From: Verrucomicrobiia bacterium
Lineage (GTDB): Bacteria; Verrucomicrobiota; Verrucomicrobiia; Limisphaerales; UBA1319
DNA length: 64,000 bases
Assembly: GCA_963664225.1 (NCBI GenBank)
Contig: OY760937.1
Span: forward strand, 3,776,001-3,840,000
Reading direction: 5' to 3'
Each line of letters begins with the position of its first letter. Positions within the stretch are counted from its first letter, which is position 1. A program made the position numbers and the translations under genes. The notes beneath the pieces were generated by a model. That model was not told the DNA's origin. It saw only the letters and a list, made by a program, of their open reading frames with translations, and made no database searches. Below are positions 48,829 to 59,314 of this stretch, piece by piece.

Positions 48829-49060
48829 ATAAGTATATTAACAGGTTGGGGATTGCTTCGTCGAGCCGGTAAAGATGGTAGCTGGATGCTGAACTTTTGA
48901 TTCTCTTTAATGGTGTGGGGAACGCCATCACCGTTGAACTGAATTTCATAAAATGTAAAAATAAGCCAATGAGCGTATGACCCTAAAACCTGGCCTTCGG
49001 GTCCAATCGTTTGAAGAGAAGGGCAGGGGATTCAAAACGCCCCAGTGGGGAACGGAATGG

Positions 49061-52000
49061 CTAAGAGGCCACGGCGGAATAGATGGATTCATCCTTATCC
49101 GTATAATGCTCGTAAAAGTGTTCAAAGACAGCGGAACACTTCTGCTGATAAACGTCGGGTGAATAAACACGTGGCAGTCCGGTGTCCAAGGTGTCCTCAA
49201 TGGCCATCTTGAGTTGCGAGCGCGCGGAGGCCTTTTGTCGCCAATCGAGGACCAATATCTGGCGCAAGCGTGAGAGCAATTCGCGGGCGACCTTTTTGAC
49301 TTCGGCGCGTTCACTGGCGCTTAATTCCGGTGCTGGGCGCGTCAGAATGTCGAACACGACCAATTCCTCCTCGGACATGTTTTCGCGGACATGCCGTTCC
49401 TGCTCTTTGGAGAGTCCCCGGCTCAGGTTGAGCAATTCCCCGAATAATTCCTCAATCGTCCGGCTGCCGGTGTTGTAGGAATCGATCAATTCCTCGAACT
49501 TCGTCTGGAAATCAATCCGGGTCTTATTCAAACGAATCAGTTTTTCGAGCTGTGCGCGGATGGCGGCTTTGAGCACTTCAAGATCGGTGTTCTTGTGTTT
49601 GGATTCCTCGAAACGGTCACGCAGGGCCTCGAAATTGATCTTGGACAAATCCATCCCTGGCGTCGGCTTGGTGGGCATCTCCACCCCCGAGATCGAGGCA
49701 TCCAGCAATTTGTTGATGTCTCCCATCACCCCGGAGATGTCCGCCGGGTTGGGATTGAGCTTGGTGCGGATGGCCTGAGCGATGGCCGCCAGACATGCCG
49801 CTCGACCCACAAACTCAAGCGCGGCGGGGGAAGGTTTCACGGCGTTGAAAAGTGTCGTCACCAGCCTCTCGTGACCAAAAAAGGCATTGCGAACGGGATC
49901 AGGGGAAATAAGCGCGTTGACCGCATCATCCATGCGCTGTAAGCGCTGCAAGCTTCCGGCGGGGAGTTGCTCAATGGCTGGGAGCACCACGCCCTTGTTG
50001 GCGCAGAAGAGCCCCGCCTCATCCACCGCTTTGCGCAGTTCATCGGCGAGTTTTTGTTTATCTTTGACCGGAGACTTGCCATCCTTTCCCGCGCCGTAGA
50101 TGGCCAATGCCTTTTCCAGGGATGTGAACACGTTGGCGTAATCGACGATCACGCCGCTGTGTTTGCCGGGAAACACCCGGTTTGCCCGCGCAATGGTCTG
50201 CATCAGTGTGTGGTTCCGCATGGGCTTGTCGAGATACACAGTGGAGCAACTCGGGGCATCGAATCCCGTGAGCCACATGGCGCATAGGAAAACCAGACGC
50301 AAATCGTTTTTCGGGTCCTTGAAATCCTCGTCCAGCGAATTGTCATTCATTCGCTGGCGGTGGGGAACGATGTCCAGACCGAGTTTACGCATCTGTTCGA
50401 TTTCGTTCTGGCCCGGCGACACGATGAGCGCCATGTCCGTGGTCTCCAGTCGGCGCAATTGCTCGTTAAGGTCGCCCTGGGTTGCCGCATCGAGATTGTA
50501 ACGTCCCATCTCCCTGCGCACCCGCTCGGTTTCCAGAGCCCAGTATTTCCGCACCTTGTCGTACATCTTCAGGGCGGTGGCCTTGTCGATGGAGACCACC
50601 ATGGCCTTGCCATGAAATCCCCGCCCCAGGAAATGCCGCACAATATCCTTGGCCACTTTTTCGAGCCGGTCATCGCGCGTGAGGATGTGGTATTGGCGGC
50701 TCAATTCGAACTGGAGCCGTTCTTCCTGCTCGGGATCGAGCTCGGCGGACTCGATCAGGCGGTAGATGTCCTCGTTGAGATGGGGGTTGTCCAACTGCAA
50801 CTCCGGGGTGCGGTTCTCGTAAAAGAGCGGCACGGTTGCGCCGTCCTCCACTGATTGCTGAAAATCGTAGATGGAGACGTAATCGCCAAAGACTTCCTTG
50901 GTGAGGGCCTCCCCTGCAATCAGAGGGGTGCCAGTGAAGGCCAGAAACATCGCCTTCGGCAGGGCCGCGCGCATATTCAGCGCGAGGGTATCGTATTGGC
51001 TGCGGTGTGCCTCATCGGTCAGAACGATCACGTCGGACCGGTCGCAGAGCATTTCCGGGGTTTGAAACTTATGGATCAGGGTGAAGACGTAGCGATGGTT
51101 CCCTCGCAACAACTCCCGCAAGTGCGCCCCGCTGGTGGCGTGGCATTCATCGCCTTCGGTGGGACTCACCGCGCCGCAGGCCTTGAAGGTCTTGGCGATT
51201 TGGTCATCCAATTCCAACCGGTCGGTGACGACCACAAAGGTCCAGTTGCCCGTGATCTTCCGCAGAACCTTCTGCGCGAAGAACACCATCGAAAAACTCT
51301 TGCCGCTGCCTTGAGTCTGCCAGAAAACGCCGCCCCGGCCATTCCCGGCCTTCCGGGCGGCCAGCATGGATGCGATGGAATTATTGACCCCGATGAATTG
51401 GTGATTTTGTCCAATGATCTTGGTCAGCCCCTCTTTGTGTTCCGAGAACAGGGTGAAATTCTCCACCAGGTCCAGGAGCCGTGTCCTGTCACAAGTCCCG
51501 CGCAGCATCACCTCCAGCGACACCCGGCGCGGTTCATCCTCGCGCTCAATCCGTTTCCACTCGAAAAACCGCTCCCAATCCGCCGTCAACGATCCCACCT
51601 TGCTGTCCGTGCCGTTCGAGGCAATGAGCAGCGCGTTATACCAAAAGAGGGAAGGGACTTGCTGTTTGTAGTGGACCAGATTTCCATCGAAGGCCGCGCG
51701 GGCGGGAACGCCGGGTTTCTTTAATTCGATCACCACCAGCGGCAGGCCGTTGACGAATCCCACCAAATCCGGACGGCAGGTATAGAGCTCTCCGGTCACG
51801 CTGAATTGGTTGACCAGCAGAAAATCATTATTCGCGGGGTGCTCCCAATCAATCACGCGTACTCGCTCGGATTTCTGACTGCCCCGCACGCGATCCGCCA
51901 CGGAAACCCTGATGCCTTCCTTGAGGAAATGATACACCTCCCGATTCGCCGCTTCCAGGAGCATCGCGGAGCGATCACGAGTCAATTCATCCATGGCAGT

Positions 52001-52216
52001 GGCAATGGCCTCAGGTGGCAGTGTTGGATTCAGCCGCTCCAGCGCCGAGCGCAACCGTGAATTCAAGACCACATCGCCGGGTGTTTCACGCCCAAGTGTT
52101 CCCTCCTCGCCAAAAACCTCCTCCAATGCCGACACCGTTTGCCAGCCAAGCTCCGTGAACAGCCCAATGGCGGGCTGTTCAACAAGTTGGTCTTCGGTAT
52201 AGGGGTGGTGGGGCAT
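49061..52216 (-). CDS. hsdR: Type I restriction enzyme R subunit
   Basis: PDLVGFVNGLPLVVIELK, WQTQGSGKS, DEAHRSQY, FTGTP, MWLTGFDAP, QTIARANR. Start MPHHPYTEDQL; the ORF track gives 52231. Confidence 0.97.
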   Translation of the reverse strand: MPHHPYTEDQLVEQPAIGLFTELGWQTVSALEEVFGEEGTLGRETPGDVVLNSRLRSALERLNPTLPPEAIATAMDELTRDRSAMLLEAANREVYHFLKEGIRVSVADRVRGSQKSERVRVIDWEHPANNDFLLVNQFSVTGELYTCRPDLVGFVNGLPLVVIELKKPGVPARAAFDGNLVHYKQQVPSLFWYNALLIASNGTDSKVGSLTADWERFFEWKRIEREDEPRRVSLEVMLRGTCDRTRLLDLVENFTLFSEHKEGLTKIIGQNHQFIGVNNSIASMLAARKAGNGRGGVFWQTQGSGKSFSMVFFAQKVLRKITGNWTFVVVTDRLELDDQIAKTFKACGAVSPTEGDECHATSGAHLRELLRGNHRYVFTLIHKFQTPEMLCDRSDVIVLTDEAHRSQYDTLALNMRAALPKAMFLAFTGTPLIAGEALTKEVFGDYVSIYDFQQSVEDGATVPLFYENRTPELQLDNPHLNEDIYRLIESAELDPEQEERLQFELSRQYHILTRDDRLEKVAKDIVRHFLGRGFHGKAMVVSIDKATALKMYDKVRKYWALETERVRREMGRYNLDAATQGDLNEQLRRLETTDMALIVSPGQNEIEQMRKLGLDIVPHRQRMNDNSLDEDFKDPKNDLRLVFLCAMWLTGFDAPSCSTVYLDKPMRNHTLMQTIARANRVFPGKHSGVIVDYANVFTSLEKALAIYGAGKDGKSPVKDKQKLADELRKAVDEAGLFCANKGVVLPAIEQLPAGSLQRLQRMDDAVNALISPDPVRNAFFGHERLVTTLFNAVKPSPAALEFVGRAACLAAIAQAIRTKLNPNPADISGVMGDINKLLDASISGVEMPTKPTPGMDLSKINFEALRDRFEESKHKNTDLEVLKAAIRAQLEKLIRLNKTRIDFQTKFEELIDSYNTGSRTIEELFGELLNLSRGLSKEQERHVRENMSEEELVVFDILTRPAPELSASERAEVKKVARELLSRLRQILVLDWRQKASARSQLKMAIEDTLDTGLPRVYSPDVYQQKCSAVFEHFYEHYTDKDESIYSAVAS

Positions 52217-52292
52217 GATTATATTGACCATTCACCATCGAGGCTAAACCCAATGTTTTTAGCGTATTTATTGGTATGGCGGTGATTCATCG

Positions 52293-53957
52293 CTATGCAC
52301 TGATTGTATTTGATACGGAAATTGTTGATGAGTAGTTAATTCCAATTTCACGATAATAGTTATCAACGTGCTTAAACGGATCAAGCTGTTTTACCTGGGG
52401 TTTTTGGTATGACCAATCGAGATATTCCCCTGAATAATTTAAAATCCGAAGGAATACTTTATAAAAAAGAGTTCTAAGTATTTCGGAGTTTTTCCAAAGT
52501 TCCTCATTCGTTGCTTTTTCGCTACGCGCATGTAATTGTTGATTGCGAGAACTAAGTGCAGCATTTTCCTCATCTGAAAGCTCTAATCCCAGCTCTATGA
52601 AAAATTGCCTTGTCCTTGCATTAGACCCCATTGCAAAAGAATTCTCCAGTCTATTCATCATTGCATTAAGAACCTTAGGGTCTTTCAAATTTTCCATGCA
52701 TGGATTTTCGCCTCCGGCCTTCGCGAGTTTTTCGCGAACAATTTCAAATTCAGATTTCAAAAGGCATAAATAAGGCTCTTTCGAAGTGAATGTTCCGTGT
52801 GAGTTCGAAAATGGCGATTTGAACCATGCGTTTGTTAATATTTCGATAGCATTTACTAACATTGGCAAATTGACACCCATGGGAAGTTCCTGAAATGTCC
52901 AGTATCGCCAGAGAGTGTGATCTAAATCTAAGGCCTTTCTAAGTTTCAAATAAACAGGAAGCACCTTGGTTAAAACCGATTCAATATTCTGGCTGCTTTT
53001 GTAACGGTGTTTATCTACGGGCACCGGTGGATAGTCGATTTTAGAACATAATGAACGAATGTTGATCCCCCTTGGATTCCAACTTCGCATGTGAAAAGGA
53101 GAGTCATATTGGGTGCCAACAGGAGCAATCGTCCTATTTGTGTTGCTCAGTAATTTCTTAAGAAATGGCCACTCCTCACTGGAAAAAGATGTGTCCCCAA
53201 TGTCAATCAATCGGCGACCTAAAACAAAACTTACGATTTCTGAAATCGCCTCACGTGTATCCTCGTCTGGAATATTCGAAAGTTTACGCGAGTACTCAAT
53301 GCCGACATTATTAGACCAGACGGGCTCGAAATCACTTGGAACAGACCTAATAAGAAAAGAGTATGTTGGTGTCTGAATAAATGCACAGTCATTGTGGGTT
53401 CCCTGATGGCTACGACCTGATGCCATAGTATATGCTGGGAAATCCTTCAGTATTTTAATAAATATTTCTTCATTTTCGAGAAATGTTTTTCTAGGAAAGG
53501 TGAAACCTCTAGGTCCGTTTAAGAACCAATCAATATGTGTCGTTTCGTTTTGAGCATGCTGAATGTTTTGCTCTACACGGTTCGTAATGACATCCGCAGA
53601 GAATGTATTATTCATGCCCGGTGCCAAATCAGGATCGTATGATATCTCACAATCGATTATATGACAGTCATACAATGATATGGCGTAGTGATCGCGGGAC
53701 CCCGATATGCTGAATGCTTCCTTCTGTTTTTGCTCCACCTCAGCAAATGGCCCAAATGTGCCGGTTGCAATGCCTTCGACTTCAGAATGCAAATAGTAAG
53801 AGTTATCTCGAGAGACCGTAGCAGAAACACTGCCAGATAATAGGTGTGTGGAAGGATCAAGTCGAGTCGCCTTTAGTGGAAATTGTAATCCTTCCCATTG
53901 AAGAAATGCATGAGAGTATTTTGAATCGACCCTATCATTCTTTCGATTTGTTTTCAT
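52293..53957 (-). CDS. ApeA-like / HEPN-domain putative RNase
   Basis: C-terminal RxxxxH motif (SRNQQLH) followed by FLRILNYSGEY; beta-rich N-terminus; AT-rich gene inside the R-M operon. Confidence 0.6.
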   Translation of the reverse strand: MKTNRKNDRVDSKYSHAFLQWEGLQFPLKATRLDPSTHLLSGSVSATVSRDNSYYLHSEVEGIATGTFGPFAEVEQKQKEAFSISGSRDHYAISLYDCHIIDCEISYDPDLAPGMNNTFSADVITNRVEQNIQHAQNETTHIDWFLNGPRGFTFPRKTFLENEEIFIKILKDFPAYTMASGRSHQGTHNDCAFIQTPTYSFLIRSVPSDFEPVWSNNVGIEYSRKLSNIPDEDTREAISEIVSFVLGRRLIDIGDTSFSSEEWPFLKKLLSNTNRTIAPVGTQYDSPFHMRSWNPRGINIRSLCSKIDYPPVPVDKHRYKSSQNIESVLTKVLPVYLKLRKALDLDHTLWRYWTFQELPMGVNLPMLVNAIEILTNAWFKSPFSNSHGTFTSKEPYLCLLKSEFEIVREKLAKAGGENPCMENLKDPKVLNAMMNRLENSFAMGSNARTRQFFIELGLELSDEENAALSSRNQQLHARSEKATNEELWKNSEILRTLFYKVFLRILNYSGEYLDWSYQKPQVKQLDPFKHVDNYYREIGINYSSTISVSNTISA

Positions 53958-53970
53958 GCTTTTCTATGAA

Positions 53971-54051
53971 TTAGTATTTACCATGCTCCACAAACAACCC
54001 AATGGCGGGTTGTTCGACAAGTTGGTCTTCGGTGTAGGGATGGGCGCTCAT
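53971..54051 (-). pseudogene. Duplicated 5' end of hsdR (26-aa stub)
   Basis: MSAHPYTEDQLVEQPAIGLFVEHGKY* versus hsdR MPHHPYTEDQLVEQPAIGLFTELGW; its ATG overlaps the herA stop. Confidence 0.9.
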
Positions 54052-55814
54052 CGTTGTTGGTAGCGCCAACGTCCGCCGACAATTAGGAGCTGTTCTGGAG
54101 TCATAGCACCGTTTTGCCAGCCAGTATCGAAATCAATATCATGTGATCTCGGAAGTTGGTCGTGAGGAAGTGATCTAATTGAAATACGAGAGGGCAGCAT
54201 CGCTGCTTGGCCAACAAAGATCGCTTCCTGACGCCGCAATCCAGATAGCATCTTTGTCAACCCATCCATCGAGTCAGGCAAGATGGATCGCACATGCTCG
54301 CGATCAGCTTCATTTGTAATACGAAGGACGATCCAACTATTACACTGTGAGAGTACCGTCGCTTCAACTTCGCTTGGTCTTTGGGAGACCAATAGCAGCC
54401 CGAGGCCGTATTTGCGGCCTTCCTTCGCTACCCGACGAATCGCCTGCTGTGCTGCTTCATATTGTGCTGCTCCAACATTTGGCACATAACGATGCGCTTC
54501 CTCGCAAACTAAAAGGACTGGGCTTGCTTCTCTTTCAGATGGGGTTTGCCAAACCTTGATTAGAAAAAGCGTTCGTGCAATTGCTGCACTTGCTGTTCCT
54601 GCAACCTCGTTCGGCACACCTGATAAGTCAACAATTCGCATTGCTTGTGTTCCACCCAATAATTGGCCCAATATGGTTGGCAAAGGATCATCTTGGCCGT
54701 CCCATGGTTTCATCATAAAACGAACGCGTTCATCCCGAATAAGAGATTCCAATTTGCGAAGGACTTTATTGTAATCCTCATGATCCTTTTTATTCTTGTT
54801 ATCTGGTCTTTGGGCATTCACTGCACCCACGAATCCCACATCGTAATTTGCACCGTTCATCTTACCGAATTCGTCCAGTCCAGTTGGGTCGCCGAGCAAG
54901 TAGGGAACGGGTGCATCCACGGTTATTTTGGAAATGTCGAGACCTTGAACGGCCTTAGCACCTGCTCTTCGTGCAGTAAGCAGGGCATTCTTTACAATAT
55001 TCGATTGAGACGTTGCGGCGTATTCGGTTTTTCCAATTAAAAGAGCAATCGTTTCGTCTAAATCAAGCATCCAATAAGGCAATGCCAGTGTGCCTTCATC
55101 AGTTGATAAGCGTCTGTGGTTCGCGAAAGCAGTCCCATATTCGTTATGTGGATCGAGAATAATAATTGTTGGCTGCCATTTAGTATGTTTTGCAACTGAT
55201 CCACGCTCGAGAATACTGTGGAGGATTGCAGCCACAGTGCCTGATTTCCCCGAACCTGTTGAACCAAGAATTGCTGTGTGCTTACCGAGCATTTCATTCA
55301 TTTCTGCATAACAAGGTGTTCCACCAGAACCCACATGTTCGCCCAGGCAAATCACAGTTTTATTATTCTGTCCGTATATGAAACGGAGTTCAGCCTTTGG
55401 GGTAAGATAAACAGTTTGTTGTGGTAAAGGATAGGTCGCGACTCCACGTTCAAACTTAAGCACCCACTTGGGTGGCGTTAGATTTGAACTCCAAACCCAT
55501 TCTCCTTCGCCAAAGAGGTCAGCCTCAACGACGCGCTCATCTCCAGAAGTCTGGGAAGCAATTCCCCGTTCTGACTCGTATTCCGCTTTCATGCGGAGGC
55601 GTCCAACAAACGCAAAAATCAATCGACGCCCAAAATGAATTTTAACGATGGAGCCAAACTGGCCAATCGGATAAGTCTCCCCAGCGTAAACGCGCGAAAG
55701 CTCGGACAGTTGTGGTTCTAACTCAGCAACGATATGTGCGCCGTCAACTTCGATTATTTTTCCGATGGCCAGATTATCGATTGTATCGTTAGGGTTGTAT
55801 GATTCAGTGTTCAT
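54048..55814 (-). CDS. herA: HerA helicase/ATPase of a SIR2-HerA anti-phage system
   Basis: HAS barrel, KHTAILGSTGSGKS, LDPHNEY, CEEAHRY, AKEGRKYG, SQRPSE. Confidence 0.93.
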   Translation of the reverse strand: MNTESYNPNDTIDNLAIGKIIEVDGAHIVAELEPQLSELSRVYAGETYPIGQFGSIVKIHFGRRLIFAFVGRLRMKAEYESERGIASQTSGDERVVEADLFGEGEWVWSSNLTPPKWVLKFERGVATYPLPQQTVYLTPKAELRFIYGQNNKTVICLGEHVGSGGTPCYAEMNEMLGKHTAILGSTGSGKSGTVAAILHSILERGSVAKHTKWQPTIIILDPHNEYGTAFANHRRLSTDEGTLALPYWMLDLDETIALLIGKTEYAATSQSNIVKNALLTARRAGAKAVQGLDISKITVDAPVPYLLGDPTGLDEFGKMNGANYDVGFVGAVNAQRPDNKNKKDHEDYNKVLRKLESLIRDERVRFMMKPWDGQDDPLPTILGQLLGGTQAMRIVDLSGVPNEVAGTASAAIARTLFLIKVWQTPSEREASPVLLVCEEAHRYVPNVGAAQYEAAQQAIRRVAKEGRKYGLGLLLVSQRPSEVEATVLSQCNSWIVLRITNEADREHVRSILPDSMDGLTKMLSGLRRQEAIFVGQAAMLPSRISIRSLPHDQLPRSHDIDFDTGWQNGAMTPEQLLIVGGRWRYQQR

Positions 55815-56959
55815 CGTTCACCTCCAAGCAGTCGTATAACGTTTTCAAACGTCCACCAAGGTAAATCTATGGACGACTCATTATTTGTGTCGCCATGCCA
55901 AAAACCACGTTTGCCATAGATCAGTAATTGTTCGCGAATGGTCTCGTCTTCATGCCATCTTTTGAGTGTACCTTCAAGATTATCATCAGACGAGAAAGCA
56001 ACAACGGTCAGGCGTCCTTCGGACTCGTGAAGCGCGCGTTCGAGTTCAATATTAATATGTGAATCCCCAAACTTGTAACCACAAATAGCTAGAACACGTT
56101 GTGCCCCGTCTAATGGTCGGAGAATATCTCGTGCGAGACTTGCCAATTGAGCATAAGGGTCTCTCTGTGTCTCACGATACTTAGTTGAAGCTGGCCAGAT
56201 GACGATGCGGTGATTTGTTTCGCCTATACCGCTGATGTTTTTTGAGACTCGCCTTGGCAATGGATCATCTGGAAACTCAGACCAATTGATAGAACCATGT
56301 AATTTCAGGACTCGCGCTGACAAACCGGTTTGTTTAAAGGTTTCAGAATTCCACCAACCCGTAACACCGCCTTCGATTCCGTCGGCGAAAAGCACTTTCT
56401 CTAAAGCCAACGCATCTTCGATAAGTGTGTCGTAATTAAGTACCAAATAATCTACTCGTTGATTTCCAACGGATTTTCCAGGCCGGACGGGACGATGAAC
56501 CGCTCTGATGAATTTCAAATGAGTTTTAACAGATACGGTTTTATCAATTTCCTCGGCAATCGCCCGTTTGATTTGTTCAGCAGCTTCACGCAACAGGGAC
56601 GAATCATAACGTTTTGTTGCTAAATCAATATTTGTATTGGCTGCACCGCGTGCCGCACGCCGTTCAGCGATGGCTAGTTGATCCACCAATTCGCTCAAAT
56701 AGTCCTCAATGTTTGCATCTTTCGCACCTAAAAAGTATGCCTGAATTGCAGTTAATATCTCCTTTGTATTGGGGCTAAGATTGGTATTGTTAAAAACTTT
56801 ATTTGTAAGCTCAGCAGCGAGCGGCAAGCCTGCGCATTTACTGCATCCCGCACCAAGTAAAAACGCTCGTCCACTTTGAGTCATTAGATCTTCTAACTTC
56901 CCAACAGCATCACTATATGGTTTTTGTTTAAGCGGTGAAAGGTCGTCAGGCGTTGGCAT
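55811..56959 (-). CDS. SIR2-family NADase of a SIR2-HerA system
   Basis: FLLGAGCS..AGLP, LNYDTLIE, LKLHGSINW, ICGYKFGDSHIN; overlaps the herA start. Confidence 0.93.
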   Translation of the reverse strand: MPTPDDLSPLKQKPYSDAVGKLEDLMTQSGRAFLLGAGCSKCAGLPLAAELTNKVFNNTNLSPNTKEILTAIQAYFLGAKDANIEDYLSELVDQLAIAERRAARGAANTNIDLATKRYDSSLLREAAEQIKRAIAEEIDKTVSVKTHLKFIRAVHRPVRPGKSVGNQRVDYLVLNYDTLIEDALALEKVLFADGIEGGVTGWWNSETFKQTGLSARVLKLHGSINWSEFPDDPLPRRVSKNISGIGETNHRIVIWPASTKYRETQRDPYAQLASLARDILRPLDGAQRVLAICGYKFGDSHINIELERALHESEGRLTVVAFSSDDNLEGTLKRWHEDETIREQLLIYGKRGFWHGDTNNESSIDLPWWTFENVIRLLGGER

Positions 56960-58271
56960 GGTCTTCCTTGATTTTTAGTTTAATCTGGTTCGCTAGCAAT
57001 CGCGGCAGGAGCAGGTCGCGCGTCCGTCGGAGGTTTTGGTTTTGACGTTGAAGTGCGAGAATATTTTTAGACATTGGTTCAACAACGGACTCGAAGCGAT
57101 GTACTAGTTTTATCGGTGGCTGGATGAATTCGATCGTCTTGAACACGCCACGGCTGATTTCCTTGAAAGTTGCTCCTGAGGCCATTCTCTGAAACGTTGG
57201 CACGTTCTCTGTCACCCAGTGAAAAAGGAAAAAAAGCGGAACGCACTCGTTTGGCAGGCATGTGATGAAGCCCTGATTGGTGCAGGCTTCATGCGTGTTG
57301 ATTGCAATTGCGCCGATGGTTGCTCGGCTGGTTAGCATCACACTACGGGCTGGAAAAAGGCGCGCGGAGCTTTTAGCGAGTCCTACATCGGTAATCCGCT
57401 CGCCTGAATCGTCCATAAACATCGACGAGGCAGCTGTGAGATCGCTTGGCGAGAACCACTGAATGGTCCCGCCTTCCCAATACTCCGGTTCTTTCCGTGG
57501 CGGCGTTCCGCCGCCGGATATATCGAACGACTCCGCAACGGTTTTCACCTCCCAGCCTTTGGGGATTGGGCCGAGGGGGGATGGGGCCAGTTTGATCTTT
57601 TCGTGGCCGGGGAAACGGAAATTGACGAACCATTCGCGGTAGAGAGTGCGGGCCATTTCTTCCAAAATCTTGATGCGCCGCTGGCAATTCTCGATCAGAT
57701 CGTCGTAGGCCGATAGGACGCCAATTATTTGTCTTTGCGTACTTAATGAAGGCAACCGCAGCGGGATGCGGCAAATAATTTCTTGGTTAAGTGAAGCCAT
57801 CGTCGCACCGTGCGAACAATGGCTCATTATCCAGCTTTTGTGAAATTCAGTTTGGAAACAGTAAGAGAGAAACTGCGGCTCGACCTCTTTGCTGGAAACA
57901 CGGAGGCGCAAACAGTCTGAACCTTGAAACCAACCTGCGTATTTCTGCCTGATGAAAACGTGTCGATCTACAGCACCTTTCCGACCGAAAACAAGGTCTC
58001 CAGCTTGAAGTAAATGACCGGAGAGACGAGTCACAGTCTCGTCATTAATATACTCAAGGTCGCCATCTCGGATTTCTCCAAAGCCAATGTTACGCACGTT
58101 AATGACCGGCGTGCCGTTCTGAACGTAATCGCTTGCATGCAATTGAGTTCCAAACGGCCCAGTTTTCAGCTCGGCTTCTCCGGTTTCGACTAAATCGTTT
58201 ACCAGGATGTCCCTCCAGACCTCGCGCTTTTTTGAATCTCGTGCAAGATTCAGTCTTGAGTGAACTTTCAC
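56946..58271 (-). CDS. hsdS: Type I R-M specificity subunit
   Basis: Two TRDs (TGPFGTQL...; GGGTP.RK..EYW), conserved LP.L..Q..I, IPKGWEV, RDLLLPRLL. Confidence 0.95.
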   Translation of the reverse strand: MKVHSRLNLARDSKKREVWRDILVNDLVETGEAELKTGPFGTQLHASDYVQNGTPVINVRNIGFGEIRDGDLEYINDETVTRLSGHLLQAGDLVFGRKGAVDRHVFIRQKYAGWFQGSDCLRLRVSSKEVEPQFLSYCFQTEFHKSWIMSHCSHGATMASLNQEIICRIPLRLPSLSTQRQIIGVLSAYDDLIENCQRRIKILEEMARTLYREWFVNFRFPGHEKIKLAPSPLGPIPKGWEVKTVAESFDISGGGTPPRKEPEYWEGGTIQWFSPSDLTAASSMFMDDSGERITDVGLAKSSARLFPARSVMLTSRATIGAIAINTHEACTNQGFITCLPNECVPLFFLFHWVTENVPTFQRMASGATFKEISRGVFKTIEFIQPPIKLVHRFESVVEPMSKNILALQRQNQNLRRTRDLLLPRLLANQIKLKIKEDHANA

Positions 58272-59314
58272 TTCTTCCCCCTTTTCTTCCGCTTGGGCGT
58301 GGGGGGCAATTGTTTGATGGCCTTATCGAAATCCCCGCCTGACTGGTCAGCCTTTTTGATGCGTTTGAGATTGAATTTCTCGTATTCTGACTCGGCGAGT
58401 TCTTTGGCCAATTCGTGGGAGATTTTCCCCGCATGGGTCAGGATATTGCGGTCATTGATGGTGAGGAAAGCGTGGAGCTTGGTGATCCAATCGCGCATGT
58501 GCATAGGGACGCGCCGCATGGCCTGGCCCTCGGCAAAGACGAGGTATTGCTCAACGAGGTTGTTCAGGGCGGCGAGTTCAGGCTCGTTGAGGTAATTCTT
58601 GGCGATGGAGACGTCCTCTTTGCGCACCTTGGGACCGCGCCAATTGGTCAGGCCCATGTTGGGCTTGGCGCTGTCGGCGCGGGAGTGGATGATTTCCGCC
58701 GCCGTCTGGCCTGTGATGGCCCAGTGCATTTTGTTCTGAACGGTCTGGAAAAACTCGATGCTGACCGGCTGGGTGGGGTCGTAATCAATGCTCGTGGCGT
58801 AAATATCGGTGATCTTTTGGTAAAACCGCCGCTCGGAGGTGAGGATGTCTTGAATCCGCCGGAGCAGTTCATCAAAGTAATCGAAGGGCTGATCGGGGTT
58901 TTTGAGGCGCTCGTCATCGAGGACAAAGCCTTTGACAATGAATTCGCGAAGCTTTTGCGTGGCCCAGATGCGGAAACGGGTGGCCACGGCGCTTTTAACG
59001 CGGTAACCGACGGAAATAATGGCGTCGAGATTGTAATATTCAACCGCACGGGACACCTGCCGGGTCCCTTCCTTGCGAACTAACAAGAATTCCTTGTGAG
59101 TTGCAGCTTCCTGCAATTCTCCCTCTTCGTAGATATTGTGGAGGTGTAGGCTGATGTTCTGCTGGCTGGTTTGGAACAACTCCGCCATGTGCTGCTGGGT
59201 GAGCCATGCGGTTTCGCCTTCCAGCCGGACATCGATCTTAAGCTGGCCATCTTCGCTGGCATAGACCAGGAATTGCCCCTTGGCGGGTGGATTAGGTTCC
59301 TGGGAGGCGCTCAT
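58268..59314 (-). CDS. rhuM: Virulence RhuM family protein
   Basis: [45 protein letters not shown]. Confidence 0.92.
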   Translation of the reverse strand: MSASQEPNPPAKGQFLVYASEDGQLKIDVRLEGETAWLTQQHMAELFQTSQQNISLHLHNIYEEGELQEAATHKEFLLVRKEGTRQVSRAVEYYNLDAIISVGYRVKSAVATRFRIWATQKLREFIVKGFVLDDERLKNPDQPFDYFDELLRRIQDILTSERRFYQKITDIYATSIDYDPTQPVSIEFFQTVQNKMHWAITGQTAAEIIHSRADSAKPNMGLTNWRGPKVRKEDVSIAKNYLNEPELAALNNLVEQYLVFAEGQAMRRVPMHMRDWITKLHAFLTINDRNILTHAGKISHELAKELAESEYEKFNLKRIKKADQSGGDFDKAIKQLPPTPKRKKRGKK

